From the human T2T-CHM13v2.0 reference genome, Homo sapiens: a stretch of 64,000 nt of DNA. This document shows, piece by piece, positions 41,671 to 55,699 of the stretch. Position 1 is the first letter of the stretch. Every line of letters begins with the position of its first letter. The notes beneath the pieces were generated by a model. It did not search any database and had not been told where the DNA came from. It saw nothing but the letters and a program-made list of their open reading frames with translations. The stretch lies in the NCBI RefSeq assembly GCF_009914755.1, contig NC_060936.1, one strand, 5' to 3'. A program made the position numbers and the translations under genes.

Positions 41671-43414
41671 CTGAATGGAATTAATTTATGTTTTAAAACA
41701 AATTTTGAAATGCAGTATTATATTCAAACTGCACCTTTCATCAAGGTATGATTTACTGAAGTGAAAAAGAATGAATGAAGACAAACACAGTCCATATCAT
41801 GGACCAGATGCATTTTGCTTCTTAAAACACCTTACATTTCTTCATTGGGCAGGGGAGATGGGTACTGATTCCTCTCTGGGAAGACACTGTGGCTTTTAGT
41901 TGATTCACTGCCTGAAGTCAAACCCATGCTCTATATATGAAAGCACAACCCCCACCTTTTTTCTTTTAAGATGTGCAAACTTTCACCACAAAGATACAAG
42001 AACAGTAAATATTGATCTTCTTGATGGATGGCGCACCTCACGCCACAGGCCACTCAAGCATCTGCTCATTACCACCAGCCCTCCCCTTTGTTGGGAAATA
42101 ATGCCAAGTGGCCTCGTGTGCTATCGGCTGTAGATTGCAAATATTTAAAAGAAATAAATTTCTCTGAATGAAAAGCACCTTTCTTTGTTATCTAACCCCT
42201 CTCCTCCCAAGTCATGTTGATTTTGGGGCTGTGCACACTCCCAGCACCTGTACTTTTCAATTGTTTGCCTGCCAAGAACACTGTGGTTTTCTTGCTTGGT
42301 TTTAGAAGCCATTCTAAGTACAGTAGCCAATGAAGGCATATTTTCTTTCTCTCTTGGCAATATGTAAAGGAAGTTTCAACTTTAGGACACCTAGCAGCAA
42401 CTGTAATTAGAGGACAAGGAAAGAAATTGGAGTTTCTCCATCTCAGTATTCGTCCCACATGATCATGAAAAATGTACCACCACTGCAGACCAAAACCAAA
42501 AGTGTAGGTTTCTTCAACAGCCTTATTATTTGGCAGAAAGTTTTCTAAATTGGTTTTGCTGAAATCCAGAATCATTCTTTAGTGGAAAAGTAAGATCTGG
42601 ACAATAAGATAAGAATGGAATTTCAGCAAGTGGAAAATCAATTTGTGATTGAGAATAGCCACTAGGTATACAAATCCAAGTGTCTAAATATATAAATGTT
42701 GGATCAAACTATTATTTCCTCTACATGGAGCATTATCAATTTGATATGGTATCATCATGCCCTGTGTGATTTTAATCATGGCTCTTAATCTCTTACCACT
42801 GAGGCATATGCAATGCAGTGTTAAGGTGAAATAACCTACTGCCAAGTATTGTGATCTGGTCAATGCTGATGGCAATCTGGGTCTGGAGACAAATGATGTG
42901 TGTGTAAGCCTTTAGTCACTCTCTTACACTAAGCTGAATTCTAATTCAAAGGGAATGCTGCAACCTCTATTACCGCCACCAATTTTTTTCACTTTTGTCA
43001 CTTTTCATTTCCCTACATACTTTTATTCTACTTTCATGAATGAGTATTTGGGGATTTACTCTTCCCCAGTTCTTGATCCATATAGTTTGGACAAAGCAAA
43101 TGCCCAGATCTGAGCACATCACATTCCATTGGCTGCTTGGATTGGAGTTCAGAACCAGCGAGATATAATGGGATATTTTGAGATTTCCAAGATTGAGGTT
43201 TGATTGTGAGGATGGTAGAGTCTGTGGCTGCTGCAGCTATTTCACCAGCATGAGGCAAGCATCTCTTGGCTTTGAATTACTTCTCTGGTAAGCTAGCTTG
43301 AGCTGGATAAGCTGTAATTTCTTGCCTGTTCTGCCTGGTGTCAAGAGATCTGTATTTGTGAGATGAGGGTTCAAAATGTAGTCTGTGTTTATGGAAGTTT
43401 ATTTCACTCTAGGT

Positions 43415-43650
43415 CAGGGGTGTCCAATCTTGGGCCACACACAAAATACGCCAACACACAAAATAACCAATGAGAAAACACACACACACACACAAAATCT
43501 CATAATATTTTAAGAAAGTTGATGAATTTGTGTTGAGCCACATTCAAAGCTGTCCTGGGCTGCATGTGGCCCATGCTGCATCCTGGGCCATGTGTGGCTT
43601 GCTCCTGGTTGCTCTCGTTCAACCTAGAGCAAGCAGGTTGGACAAGCTTT
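43415..43650 (+). mobile_element. MER30 (hAT-Charlie), internally rearranged
   Basis: caggggtgtccaatc...ggttggacaagctt ends; 8-bp TSD ctctag(g/a)t at 43407-43414 and 43651-43658. Confidence 0.85.
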
Positions 43651-43959
43651 CTCTAGATAAAACTGACCAGTTCTGATAAAGATGATTCTGATAAGGACAA
43701 TGCTCACTTTGTCTTAGTTGGCATCAATCTCCAAACAAACAGTTAAGCCAAAATATTCTAGGTAATTTACGTATTCCAGAAATGAAAGAGATGATATTTG
43801 CTACAACTTACAACCCTTACAACTAAAATGAAGTATTTTGTTGCTGCCAATGTAAGTAGTAAGCCATGGAGTAATGAGCTGAAGTGACTCTCTCTCTATT
43901 TGCACTGGATTAGCAAGACCTCCATGGAATTGCTTTAAATTACATATAAATCATAAAGC

Positions 43960-44601
43960 CACTTTCCGTTTCTTGTAAGACTTGAAAATTATAGGAAATG
44001 TCAGGAGAAACATAAAAATGACATTTAATAAATTTAAATTTAAAATCAGAGTTATCCAAGACCGATTTGAATGAAAATTTAAATCTTTTTAGAAAAATTA
44101 TTCTGTAAGAATCTTCAGCTCTAGATGTACTAAAATTTACATTTCAGAATAATTTATCAGAAATGTATCCCAGTGTTGTTGGAGTCTGTAAAATACTCAA
44201 CAGTTTTAGGGACAGTTGTATCAGTAAAAAGATTCTTCTCAAAGTAAAAATTATCAAAAATGATTTGCAATCTTAAAGATGAAATTGTTAAAAGTATAAC
44301 TTATAATGACCTAGTAAAGGAATGTGCAGAAAGCAAGCCCCAAAAAACGGCTTATGATCAATTAGGATATCACATAGCAACATATTATTATTTATTGCAT
44401 CATAGAAAATTATGACACCAAAATATTAATTTGTTCAGCTTGTAGGTTCAGATTGTCATTCGTGTATTGCTATTACCCCATTATATTTTATAATTAATAA
44501 CATAGTTATAAAGAAAAAAGTTTTATATTTTAGTATTATTAACTACCCTTTCTTCTGCTTTCATTTTACACTGGGCTCCACAAATTATGTAGCTTGCCCT
44601 G
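43960..44601 (+). mobile_element. MER45R-like hAT-Tip100 element with transposase C-terminal remnant
   Basis: End catttt...ctgggctccacaaattatgtagcttgccctg; frameshifted EMYPSV..KIL/TV..TVVSVKRFFSK/KIIKNDL. Confidence 0.7.
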
Positions 44602-44907
44602 ACTGTCTCTATACAATTTTTAAGGCTAAGCCTTACATTCTCATAGTCAAATGGACAAGGTCAAAGGCTGTCAGCCAGATGAAGGAATTCTGTATTTCTC
44701 ACTCATGACATTTGGAGGTGGCCCTTCTCCTAACCTGCAAGATCACTTCCTACCAAAGCTTAAAATCTGAGACCAAAATCTTGCCACTTGGAAAGAAAAT
44801 AATATCTACCATCTACTGAGTGTATTCAATTGGCCATATATTGCCTCAAGTTAGACAGAAGATTGTTTATACAAGTGCACATACATTTTTGAAAATTTCC
44901 GTCTTAC

Positions 44908-45389
44908 TTACACACACGTTTAGTGCAGCACTCTTTACAATAGCAAAGACTTGGAACCAACCAAAATGCCCATCAATGATAGCCTGAATAAAGAAAATGT
45001 GGCACATATATACTACGGAATAATATGCAGACAAAAAATAATGAGTTTGTGCCCTTTGCAGGGACATGGATGAAGCTGGAAGCCATCGTTCTCAGCAAAC
45101 TAAAACAGGAAAAGAAAACCAAACACCGCATGTTCTCACTCATAAGAGTGGGAGTTGAACAATGAAAACACACGGACGCAGGGAGGGGAACATCACACAC
45201 CAGGGCCTGTCGAGGGGTGGGGGGCAAGGGGAAAGAGAGCATTAGGACAAATACCTAACGCACACGGGGCTTAAAACCTAGATGATAGGTTGACAGGTGC
45301 AGCAAACCACCATGGCACATGTATACCTATGTAACAAACCTGCACATTCTGTACATGTATCCCAGAACTTAAAATAATAATTAAAAAAA
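44908..45389 (+). mobile_element. 5'-truncated L1PA8-like 3' end
   Basis: ggggcttaaaacctagatg 3'UTR; imperfect TSD gaaaatttcc(ct)gtctt. Confidence 0.88.
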
Positions 45390-45399
45390 GAAAATTTCC

Positions 45400-46780
45400 C
45401 TGTCTTTTAGCATCAAAAGCTGGTGTAGTCTGATACCATTATGTTCCTTTGTTTGTGAGCTATCTGGGAGATGTTTGTTTTATTTGTATTCTTTGTTCTT
45501 ACATCTCTGAAAACTTTTATGATCTCTTTGTCACTATTGAAATAACATTATAACAAAGTGTCTTAGTGTGGGTTTTCTTTCATTATACTGGGCACTCGAG
45601 CAAGCCATATCAATCTGGAAATTCCTGCCTTGCAATTCTATAAATATTTTTTCTTTTTTAGGAATAATTTTCTCCCCTCTGTGTTCTCATTCTCTCTCTC
45701 TCTCTCACTCTCTCGCTCTCTTGCTCTCTCCCCTCTCTCTCCTTCCATTTTTAAAGCTTTTTCTTTCTACTTTCTAAGGGCTTCCTTTAACTTATCTTTT
45801 CACTCTTATGCTGCTCTTTTTAAAAATCTTGGTTTTCACACATTTAATTCCTGTCTATTTCTTCTTGTTGCTGTCACTTTTTAAAATATGGCATCCTGTT
45901 CTTATTTAATGGATGTTCTCTCTTCCCTTATTCCTGAGTATTTTGATCTTAGGGTCTGGGCTTGCCTTAGTAGTGTTAGATTTGTGTTCATATTGTTTGG
46001 TTCCCTGTGTAGTTTCAGTGTCTTCTGAGCTTCTCTCTTCTGCTTGTTTTCATTTATCTTATGTTAAAAGCCTTCCTCAAGGATCCTTCAGAGCCTTGAC
46101 TGTCATTCATATTTAACAATAAGGCACTGAAAGGCTGACTGCAGCTCTGGATTCACTCAGTCAGGGCTTATGACCAGTGGACTTCCCTGAAGCATGATGG
46201 GGCAGCCAGCCTACCTTTCCAATGACAGGTCCCTCACCGTCAGAATGGGAAAGGCTTTCCCCTGGTATGTCCTCCAAACACCAGCCCAAGAATGTATTTA
46301 CCAGACCGGTAACATTCTGGGTAGAGAGCAGGAGGAAAGGGCCCGAGTGTCCCACAGGCCACTATATAAAACTTCAAGAAACCCCCACTTGGAATCCCCA
46401 CCTCATCCCCGAGCTGGGAGTCCTTCTGGCCTAATTTTGCCAGATAATAAATCTTTGGCCCAACTCTGCAGGGTGAGCCAAGAGGAAATAGAACTCTGCA
46501 TCCAGCCCCTCACCAGGCCCCTGTTCTAAGCCCTGTGTGCACTCCCTGGTTTAGAAGATATGGAGAACCTTCAGGACCCAGGTTTTTCTGGGGGGTAGCA
46601 TGAATTGACTCACTTCTCCTCATCAGGCCCCTGTGTAGACTGAAGTTGGGAGTCACTTCATTCTGTTAACTCAGTTATCACTTTTTAACCAACTTCACAG
46701 CTTTCCAAAAATTGTTGAAATTCCTCACCTAGCATAGTCTTCTCTCTTTGTCTTTATCCTTGTGTGTGAATGCATTTTGT
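45400..46780 (-). mobile_element. Decayed L1M/HAL1 remnant
   Basis: T-rich ORF1-like antisense sequence; boundaries approximate. Confidence 0.4.
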
Positions 46781-46787
46781 TTTAAAG

Positions 46788-47000
46788 CAGGGCGTTTCAA
46801 TCTTTCAAAATCATGTGACATTAAAAATGGATAATAGTTGTAGGGAATGCTGGGGTAAATGGAAGAAGCTACTCAAAGCCAGGGGGAACTAGCCTGAGCT
46901 GACCTGGCTATTCCAGCTCCTACACAACCACCAAAAGGACTCAATAAATTTATATTTCTGCCCACATGCAACCTATTTGCAGCATACCATTCAGAGGCTC
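46788..47000. mobile_element. MER112-like hAT-Charlie element
   Basis: aaaatggataatagttgta...ctggggtaaatgga...gcaacctatttgcagcatacc. Confidence 0.5.
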
Positions 47001-47464
47001 TGTTTCACCACTAATTTTACAGAGTTTAGGGAAGGGGATATAAATAAGTATGGCCAGTCTACCATGTTTGACCAGATACCCTCACTGCTCACTCGTCTAC
47101 ACTGTCTAGATTTGGATGATTTTTTTTGTCCTGTGGCTTTCCATCTCGCGGTCCTGGAGTATCCATCCAGCTTCTTCAAAAGGCACCCTCCCAATTCTTT
47201 TTACCAGGATCACCATAGGCACCAACTTGTCTCTATGATTATTCTCCCTGAAAGTAGTAATGGCCATGCTTCTTGCCTCACTATCCCCATCCAAGGCAAA
47301 TCCTGGACCCCATGAGGAATCACTTAAGTTGCAGGTACCTGGACCTCAGACACATTCAGCCTGGTCTCCGGTCACTGGAGAGAGAGGGGATTCTACCTCA
47401 GCCAATGAAACAGAATTGTGATAAAGACAAAGGGAATAATCTAAAAGTAGCTAACACACGGCTT

Positions 47465-47700
47465 GGCAGAGCAGTATAACATATGCTCTAGATTATGGGA
47501 TTTGGAATTCGTACCTGAGTTGGAATCCTGCCTCTACCATTTACTGGCTATGTGATCCCAGGAAAATTACTTCACCTCCCTAAGCTTCAATAGCTTGATC
47601 TGGAAAATGAGATTTAAGAGTAACAATTGTTGCTGTGAATGTTTAAGTGAAAAAGCAACCACAAAGTGCCTAGCACAGAAGTGGAAAGCAAATGAATGGA
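47465..47700 (+). mobile_element. MIR
   Basis: cctgagttggaatcctgcctctaccatttactggctatgtgatcc. Confidence 0.75.
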
Positions 47701-49204
47701 AAGAAAATATCAATGAAAATTGAAAGGGAAAAGATAATGTTTGCAAATGAAGAAAAGATAGGGTTTTAAAAAAATTAAACAGTGAATGAAAAAGGTGAAG
47801 ACTACGGTTTACACACACACACACATAGACACTTAGGTCTCCACCACCCACAGAGAAGAAGGAGATACGTAGATATATAGATATAAATATAGACAAAAAT
47901 CACAATTCTCAATATCATCTGAGGTTTTATATGTGATCACGGTTCTAGAAATCAGCTTTCTGAAGTTGTTTTCCAGGGGAAGCACAAAGTTACTATCTCC
48001 ACTTAGTTATTAATTATCCACCCCAATGGGAACAGGCATCCTCACCTATTGTTAGCTTTCTCTTTACAAGAGCATAAATAAAAATACAACTGATGTCCCA
48101 TCTCATTATCTGCCTCCCTCAGACACCAGCCCACACATTATTCTATGCTGCAAAAAGAGCTCAGTGTGAATATTTGAGAATGATACATTGAAGATGCATA
48201 TGGATACAAGGCCAGACCATCACACGCTTCTAACTATGTGCTCTAAGGTGTCAAAGGAAAAAAAAATACTAACTTGGGAGGAAATGTAAAATAGATCAAC
48301 ATCTCCTTGACAGCTATTGATAGATATATTACTAGACCTAAAGATGTTGCTTCTTAAGAAAACATAAATTCAAGTTCCTTCCAGGTTCTCTGTAGCGATG
48401 GGGTTTGGATCGTGCTTGGACAAAGGAATCATAATTCAATTATCCAATGATTTATTACAATACACTTTGCCCACACTGGATATTTGGATGTGTAAACATC
48501 AGAGTATTACCCTCCCTTCCATCCCAGGCTTCGCATTTCAGATTTCATTAGCCAATAAAGCCAGGTTTATTTATAATAAAGTTAAGCCCTTCAAACCACT
48601 GACCATGGAAACCAGATTTTGAAATAATTCAGATTTGTGTTTCTGTTCTTTCTAATTAAGGGTAATATCGGGAAGCACAGACAGTGGGTAGCATTGTTCG
48701 AGCACCATGGATTTAAGCAAGAAAATCTGATTATCAGCTCATGTCAGAAGCCAAGCGATAATGCAGCTTAGCATTGGTTTGGGCTTTTTCTTTAGCCAAA
48801 AGATAATTACCGTTAGTGAGGCCTTACGTAAGTGTATCTAATATCTAAGGCCCTAAAATTTATGAATAGCAAAAGCACACAATAGGCAAAGAAGAATTAC
48901 TGTATTTATTATTTCTATGGCTTGTTCCACCATGATAATTTCATTATCTAGTAAAGTTGAACCTCTAAAATCAAAGTATAATTTCTTAAAGGACAAGAAG
49001 TTAAATATGCTGGCAAGGTTTTTGGCCTGACTTCCTCCAGTGAAAGTTATTTCTAACAAATAAGAAGTAGACCAACCAGAATTTTCATAGAAAATTTACT
49101 AAAGGAGACTCAAAGTTACCTATTGAGGTCACTGCATAAACAGATGTTAAGCTTCTGTGAGATTTTTTTTTTGTAAACTGTTATTTCTCAATCTTATGCT
49201 GCAG

Positions 49205-49286
49205 GAAAAATCTGAAATTTGAAAAGCACTTCTTGGCAAAAGCAGGATGGCGTCAGAGTGCTCATTGCTGAATACAAGTAATGTCG
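49205..49286 (+). other. Candidate 82-nt exon (non-coding or first coding exon)
   Basis: Acceptor ttatttctcaatcttatgctgcag|G and donor TCG|gtaagt; no transcript evidence available. Confidence 0.35.
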
Positions 49287-49539
49287 GTAAGTATCATAAA
49301 GAATAAATGCTGGAAACCCAGAGTGGGGAAATTATTTAAACGAGGAATTAGAACTTTGTTGTATAAAACCAAATCTAATTATGAGGATGAATAAAATCAA
49401 GTTGTAAAATTTGCAAGGTAAGTTAGCTGAGATTCTCCAAACCATAAAGAAGCAACTGCTTTTGAAAGAGAAAAATAGCATTATTTTCCTTAAGTATATG
49501 TTTTATTTAAAAGTACATTTTATTTTCTTGCTTATTATA

Positions 49540-49715
49540 AACTAACAGCAACTAACATGTTATTGAGTACCTGCTACAGACCAGGCACTGTTCTAAACAC
49601 TTTAGACATTTTTAATTCATCAAATCCTCACAATAACCTTAAGAAATCAGTACTTTATTATCCCCATCCTACAGATGTGGAAAATGAGTGACAGAGTGGT
49701 TAAATAACTTGTCCA
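49540..49715 (-). mobile_element. MIR
   Basis: ttattgagtacctgcta...aatcctcacaataacc...tccccatcctacagatgtggaaaatgag. Confidence 0.8.
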
Positions 49716-50443
49716 TCTGGCTCCCATCACTCCAAATTGTATATATAGGGTACCTGATATTCATCCTTGTAATCTGAATTGGTTCTATCTCTCAAATTTC
49801 TAACCTCTAGTACAAATAATTTTTCCCCTCTGGGTTCTCAGAAAACTTATTTTCTGTGATATGTCTCGAGCTGCTTGTATTACAGAAATACTCATTCTGA
49901 CACTATCCTGAAGCAAAAGGAAATGTATTAGGACTCGTCAGAGTAGTTACACTGCTGGCTCAGGCACTAACAACTCCCCAACATTGAGCAAATCACTAAA
50001 CTGAACACTAGTCAAACAGGAACAATGTTCCCTTCCCTTCCTACTTCTCATGGTTCTTAAGACAGTATGGAGAATCCAAAAGATCTTAGAGAAGTATGGA
50101 ATGTTCTATAGAGCTGAGCACATTGACAGGTTAATGCAATTGTCAAAGGATGCAAGCACAGGGTGAAGGCGTCCCAAGCAAAGCTCTTAGAATCAGTAAT
50201 TAGCACACTCCCCACCTTTCCGTACTCTTCTCTTGAGCTCTTACTTGTAGCTGAGGTTTATTTGAGGGAGGGAAAAGAAAGGGGAAAACATTGTTGATGA
50301 TGACAACAACAACAGCAATAATAAATAGGTGTACTCATCAGCACTCAGAAGCAATGTGTGCAGTGAACCAAAGCACAGACGCTGGAGCTAGACTGCCCAG
50401 ATTGGATCCTGGATCTGGCACTTGGGCAAATTGCTTTATCTTG

Positions 50444-50758
<315 letters not shown>

Positions 50759-51926
50759 TCAGTCTCATCTGTACAGTGAGGATAATAATAGTCTCTACTT
50801 GATTGGATAGTTATGACAATTAAATGACAATATTCATAGAGAATTTTAGAGAATTTAGAGTAGCCTGACAGAATCACCACTAAATATATACAATTGAGAA
50901 CTGTGAGTAGCAGGTGCCACCAATCCATTGGTTATTGTACTAGCAAAGTAAAAGATGGAATCATGGCTTTTTTTTGTTTCTATTTTCTATCCTCATGAAA
51001 AATTAGTAATTCTCTTTCTACTTTGGCCAAATGACTAGAATAGAAAATTGTGCTTCACAATTTCTATGGCTGATTTCATCTACTTCCGATTGCTTTTATA
51101 TTTTAGTAACAAAATGTCCACGTCAGCATTGTAGAACCATGTTAGATTATTAGGACTTTGGAGATTCATGGAGATTATGTTTACAAAGATGCTAAGGCAA
51201 TAGTAGCAGAAGACTAAAGAGTCAAGTCAGTAGCAGACACAAAGCAGAAAAAAGTAGAGCAGATGAGCAGTGTATTTCCTGCCCCAAAACCCCTGGCCTT
51301 AGCCCATATGCTTTTGCTTTGACCCTAATGAGATCTACTAAAGAAGAAGACCAAATATAGTAGAAATAGATGTACATCTCCATGGCACTGAGCTAGATGT
51401 TTAAATCAACGCACCAAATGCTTGCTACAATACCATGAAATAAAGAGCACGGTGCCTATTTCACAGGTGCAGAAATTATAGCTGAGAGCAGGTGGCTAAA
51501 CTTGCTAAAGGACAGTTAATCATTCCCCTGCTTCTTCCTACCTTTCTTTCTCTTCCATCCCAAAAAGCTGTCTCTTCAAAATTCAATCTATTCTAGTTCT
51601 AGTCTTTCCCCTCTTTTCTCCTACCTTTCCTATATGTTTATCTTTTTCCTCAGTCACTTCAGTTCACTCCAAAATCACTAACCTTTCTAGAGTTCTTTCA
51701 CTTCTTCTCTATACCCATCACTGATTAACCCAACAAACCAACCTGGCATGGCTGGCCCAAGCAGCAAAGGCACTTTGCTCTTCAATGACCAGTCAAGATC
51801 AGAAGAGGTCAAGATCAGGAATATGCACCTGTACATTGTCCTTGTCACAATATGATACTTACTGCCTGTGCCATGTTTCTTATATGTATAAATTTGCTCT
51901 TCAGGATATAGTGTTCTGACTCATTC

Positions 51927-52215
<289 letters not shown>

Positions 52216-54799
52216 TAAAAGGGCATAGTATTCTATAATATTAAGAATGCATTGAAACAATCCCCAGCTGTTAAATATATAGGTTGCTTCTGGTTTATTA
52301 CTATCATAAAGAATGGTGCAATGAATAAACCTTGTACATGTATCTCTGTACATGTGAGAGAGTATAAATGCACTCTTGGCAAAAATTGATTTGTGTTTCT
52401 CTGGCTCACCATCATATAATAACAACTAATACACATTTTTGAAAATCAGTGAATAAGTAAGCAAATAACTGGGAGTATGGCAATAAACCACAGCCAACAT
52501 AAATGACATAGCAGTTCAGCCTGCATTACAGAAGTTCGCCTATACTTAACCACTCTTGAATTCAACTTTCCTTGCCTATAAAATAACAAAGTATTTTGAA
52601 AAACTGTTGAAAGTACTAAAATGAGATAATACCAATAAGGTGCCTAGTCCAGAGCAATGTAAGCTATCATGATTGGGCTAAAATCACCCATCCATGTAAA
52701 TTGTTTAAATAAGCAGAGCCTAGGTGCTGTCATCATATCATGGACAAGGAAAATCACCCGAAGTGTGTGAGAGCCACAGGGCAGAAAGAACTGTCTCAAG
52801 CCCAGAGCAGTGGTTACAGGGATGTAGTGGGTAGATTTTCATGACTCCAGCGTTTCGAATGGTATTCATAGCACTATTCAAAGTGTTGTTATTTGTCTTG
52901 ATCTTCCAATGACAACTTCAAAAATTAATTTTACAAGTACATAATTTCTTCTTCTTAAAAAAACTGTAATAGCAGCTATGTAAGCACTGAGGAATTTATA
53001 TGTCATCATAAGCAAAAGATATTTATTAAATGACTGCTTATATGCTAAGCGACATTCAAAAAAAAAGTGGGGGGTGCTCCTGACCCTAGGAGAAACAAAA
53101 AGGCAACTAAATATGGTGAAAAGAACACTGGAGCCACCTACGTCTGAGTTTAAAGCCCAGCATTCATTCAACACAATTCAAGTGGTTTGTATACCAGGCA
53201 CTACATTAAGCGGTGGGTGAACTAATCTACCATACTGTCACTTAAAAGATATTTAACCTTATCAAGTGATTTAGCTTATCTTCGTCTAGGGTGAAGTACC
53301 AGCTTCATAATCTTTTTATAAAGGTAACACATGTAAAATACACAGCAGTATTAAGTAAATGGTGGTTTCTCCCACTCCTTCTTGACTGAGGGCTAACCAT
53401 TCAAGACAGGACACAAACATCAAAACATTAACATGCATACATCAAAGAAAGCATGAACCAATCAGAGACTAAAGAGCAGAATAGTTACATCCAATCAAGT
53501 CAAGGAATTACACAGTTATCCCAGAGATAGAACATGCACAGAACATAGCACACAATAGGTATTCAAAGATGTCTATTGACTGGATATAGTGAATCAAGAA
53601 TTCAAACAATTAGAGCCTCAGGGTTAACAGGAGGCCATGTAACACACTGGGAAGAGTTCAGACATAAAAATTAGGAGACCTAGGTTCGTGTCTGAAGTGT
53701 CTGAACCACCAGCCGAATTTTCTTGAGCAAATCATGCAAATCATGGTCGTCTGTAGCCTCAGTCTTCTCATCTGGGAAGCTAGAGGGTTGGGGTACATCT
53801 TTACTAAGTACCAATAATTTCAGGTAAAAATGCTCGTCAAGCCTCCACTTTGTATTTTATTTGCTCAGTCTGAAATTGAACTGCATACAGTTTGTCCCAA
53901 AACCCAGAGACGGTTTGAAACCCCCAAATTGGTGGACTTGATCAATACATCCACGTTTCATTTTTTTACCCTAAAATATAGTGTATAGACTACTAAGTTA
54001 AGAAACACTATTGCTGAAAAAAGAAATATTCCATTTTAAAATCCAAAGACTAAAAATTAACCAGTCACTTCATGTTTTTAGCAAACATACTTACCATTGT
54101 GTGGGGTTTTATTGTCCCCTTGGTGAATAGAAATCTTTAAAAATGTATACGCCTGGAACTGAATACCGTGTCAAATCTATTGGCACTGCATGTTTAAACA
54201 CCTGCATCTCATCACCAGCCCTTCATAATATTGTTAAACAATAATTATACTTATGATGAGTAATGAATCCAGATATGGTCTTCCTTGAGATGTACTTATT
54301 CTTGTGTTAAAAGTAACCCATTAGTAGCATATGAAAGCTTCGCAGGTAAAACAGAATTCACAAATACATCCATATAATACTCAATAATGTTTTTAAATGG
54401 TAATAAATTGCAATGATATTCTCTTCTTTATTGGAGAATCTCACCTTATTTTTCTGAGAATGATCCATTTTTGTTTACCACAATTCTAAATTTCACTTGC
54501 CCAATCAGATTTATATCTTAAAAATAAAAGTTTTACTTTGAAATTTGACCCAAGTTTAATTTTGATTTTTTTCATACTTGTAAGGAGAATGGTAACTTGA
54601 GACAAAGGCTAAATTGCCATGGAAGCTACCCTCACACTTTGCTTAAAATCAACCTTTGGTGATGGATATAAAGAGAACCTCAAAGGAAATTATTCACCTA
54701 CTTCCCAAACCAGAAAGACTATAGCATGCTGATCACTGTGATCAAAAAGGCTCAGCTTCATTAAAAAGAGACACAAATATAAACAACATTGGTCAAAGG

Positions 54800-55040
54800 A
54801 AATAATAGTAACAGCTAGCATGCCTGGCAGCACGGTTCTAGGCATTTCACATCTAACTCACTTGATTCCCACAACAACCGTATTAGGTTGGTGTTATTAT
54901 TACCACATATGCAGATGAGAAAGCTGAGTTGCAGAAAGATAAGACATTTCTCAGAAAATCCCAGGACATAAATTGGCAAAGCCAGGATTTGAACTCAGGC
55001 TGTCTGATCCTAGGGTCTGTCTGCATAATCACTATCCTTA
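54800..55040 (-). mobile_element. MIR
   Basis: gattcccacaacaacc...gcagatgagaaagctgag...gccaggatttgaactcaggctgtctga. Confidence 0.8.
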
Positions 55041-55699
55041 ACCAATTATTCTGCTTGTGTTTGTCACACACTCAAGCAGTAGCCACCTCAAAGCTGGTAC
55101 TAGCAGCCTCAGCATCACATTTGTAGGTGATGTGGAATACAGTTAAGAGCTCGGTGGCAGTTCCAACCTCTACTCCGGAACTGAACTGACCTTATCAGTA
55201 CCCTTCTTGCTCTGATTCCCAGTTATCTCCAGCTGAATAACATGGACTTATCTCTGCTCTCCCAAAATGCTAACTCCTAAAACTCAACTGATCAATGTCA
55301 CATCCACCATGGGAAAACGAATGACTCTGGTTAAGTGCTCAAAGTCCTCTACCACTGGCAGTCTTCCTGAAATCATTTTTAATGTAATCTTTTGATCTCA
55401 GGCATAGAGTTTATCACAAAAAAGATTATGCTACAGAGAGTTAGCATGATCCAAAATACAGCAACTGCTCTTGCAACATAGGATTGCTCTAAAGACTCAA
55501 AGCAGACTGCAATTGCACTCCCTTTCCCCAGTTGCTTTTGGTGCAGCTAGCTTTGAAGTGGTTGAACACTCATATGCATGTCGGACTGTTGACCGAGACT
55601 CCAAGTGCTAGACCTGGGAGGGCATCCTCAGGACCAGACAGGCTGCCCATGCACCTGAACCCCAATCTCTTGGGAAAAATCCCTAACCGCTAGCTCTTC

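Noticed and set aside
42192-42575. 127-aa minus-strand ORF as a possible processed pseudogene
   Set aside because: No recognisable protein similarity, poly(A) tail or TSD.
47040-47400. GC-richer block with overlapping ORFs and a possible minus-strand acceptor (ccctctctctccag)
   Set aside because: Donors are weak or distant and the peptides unrecognised; it may be an unidentified old repeat.
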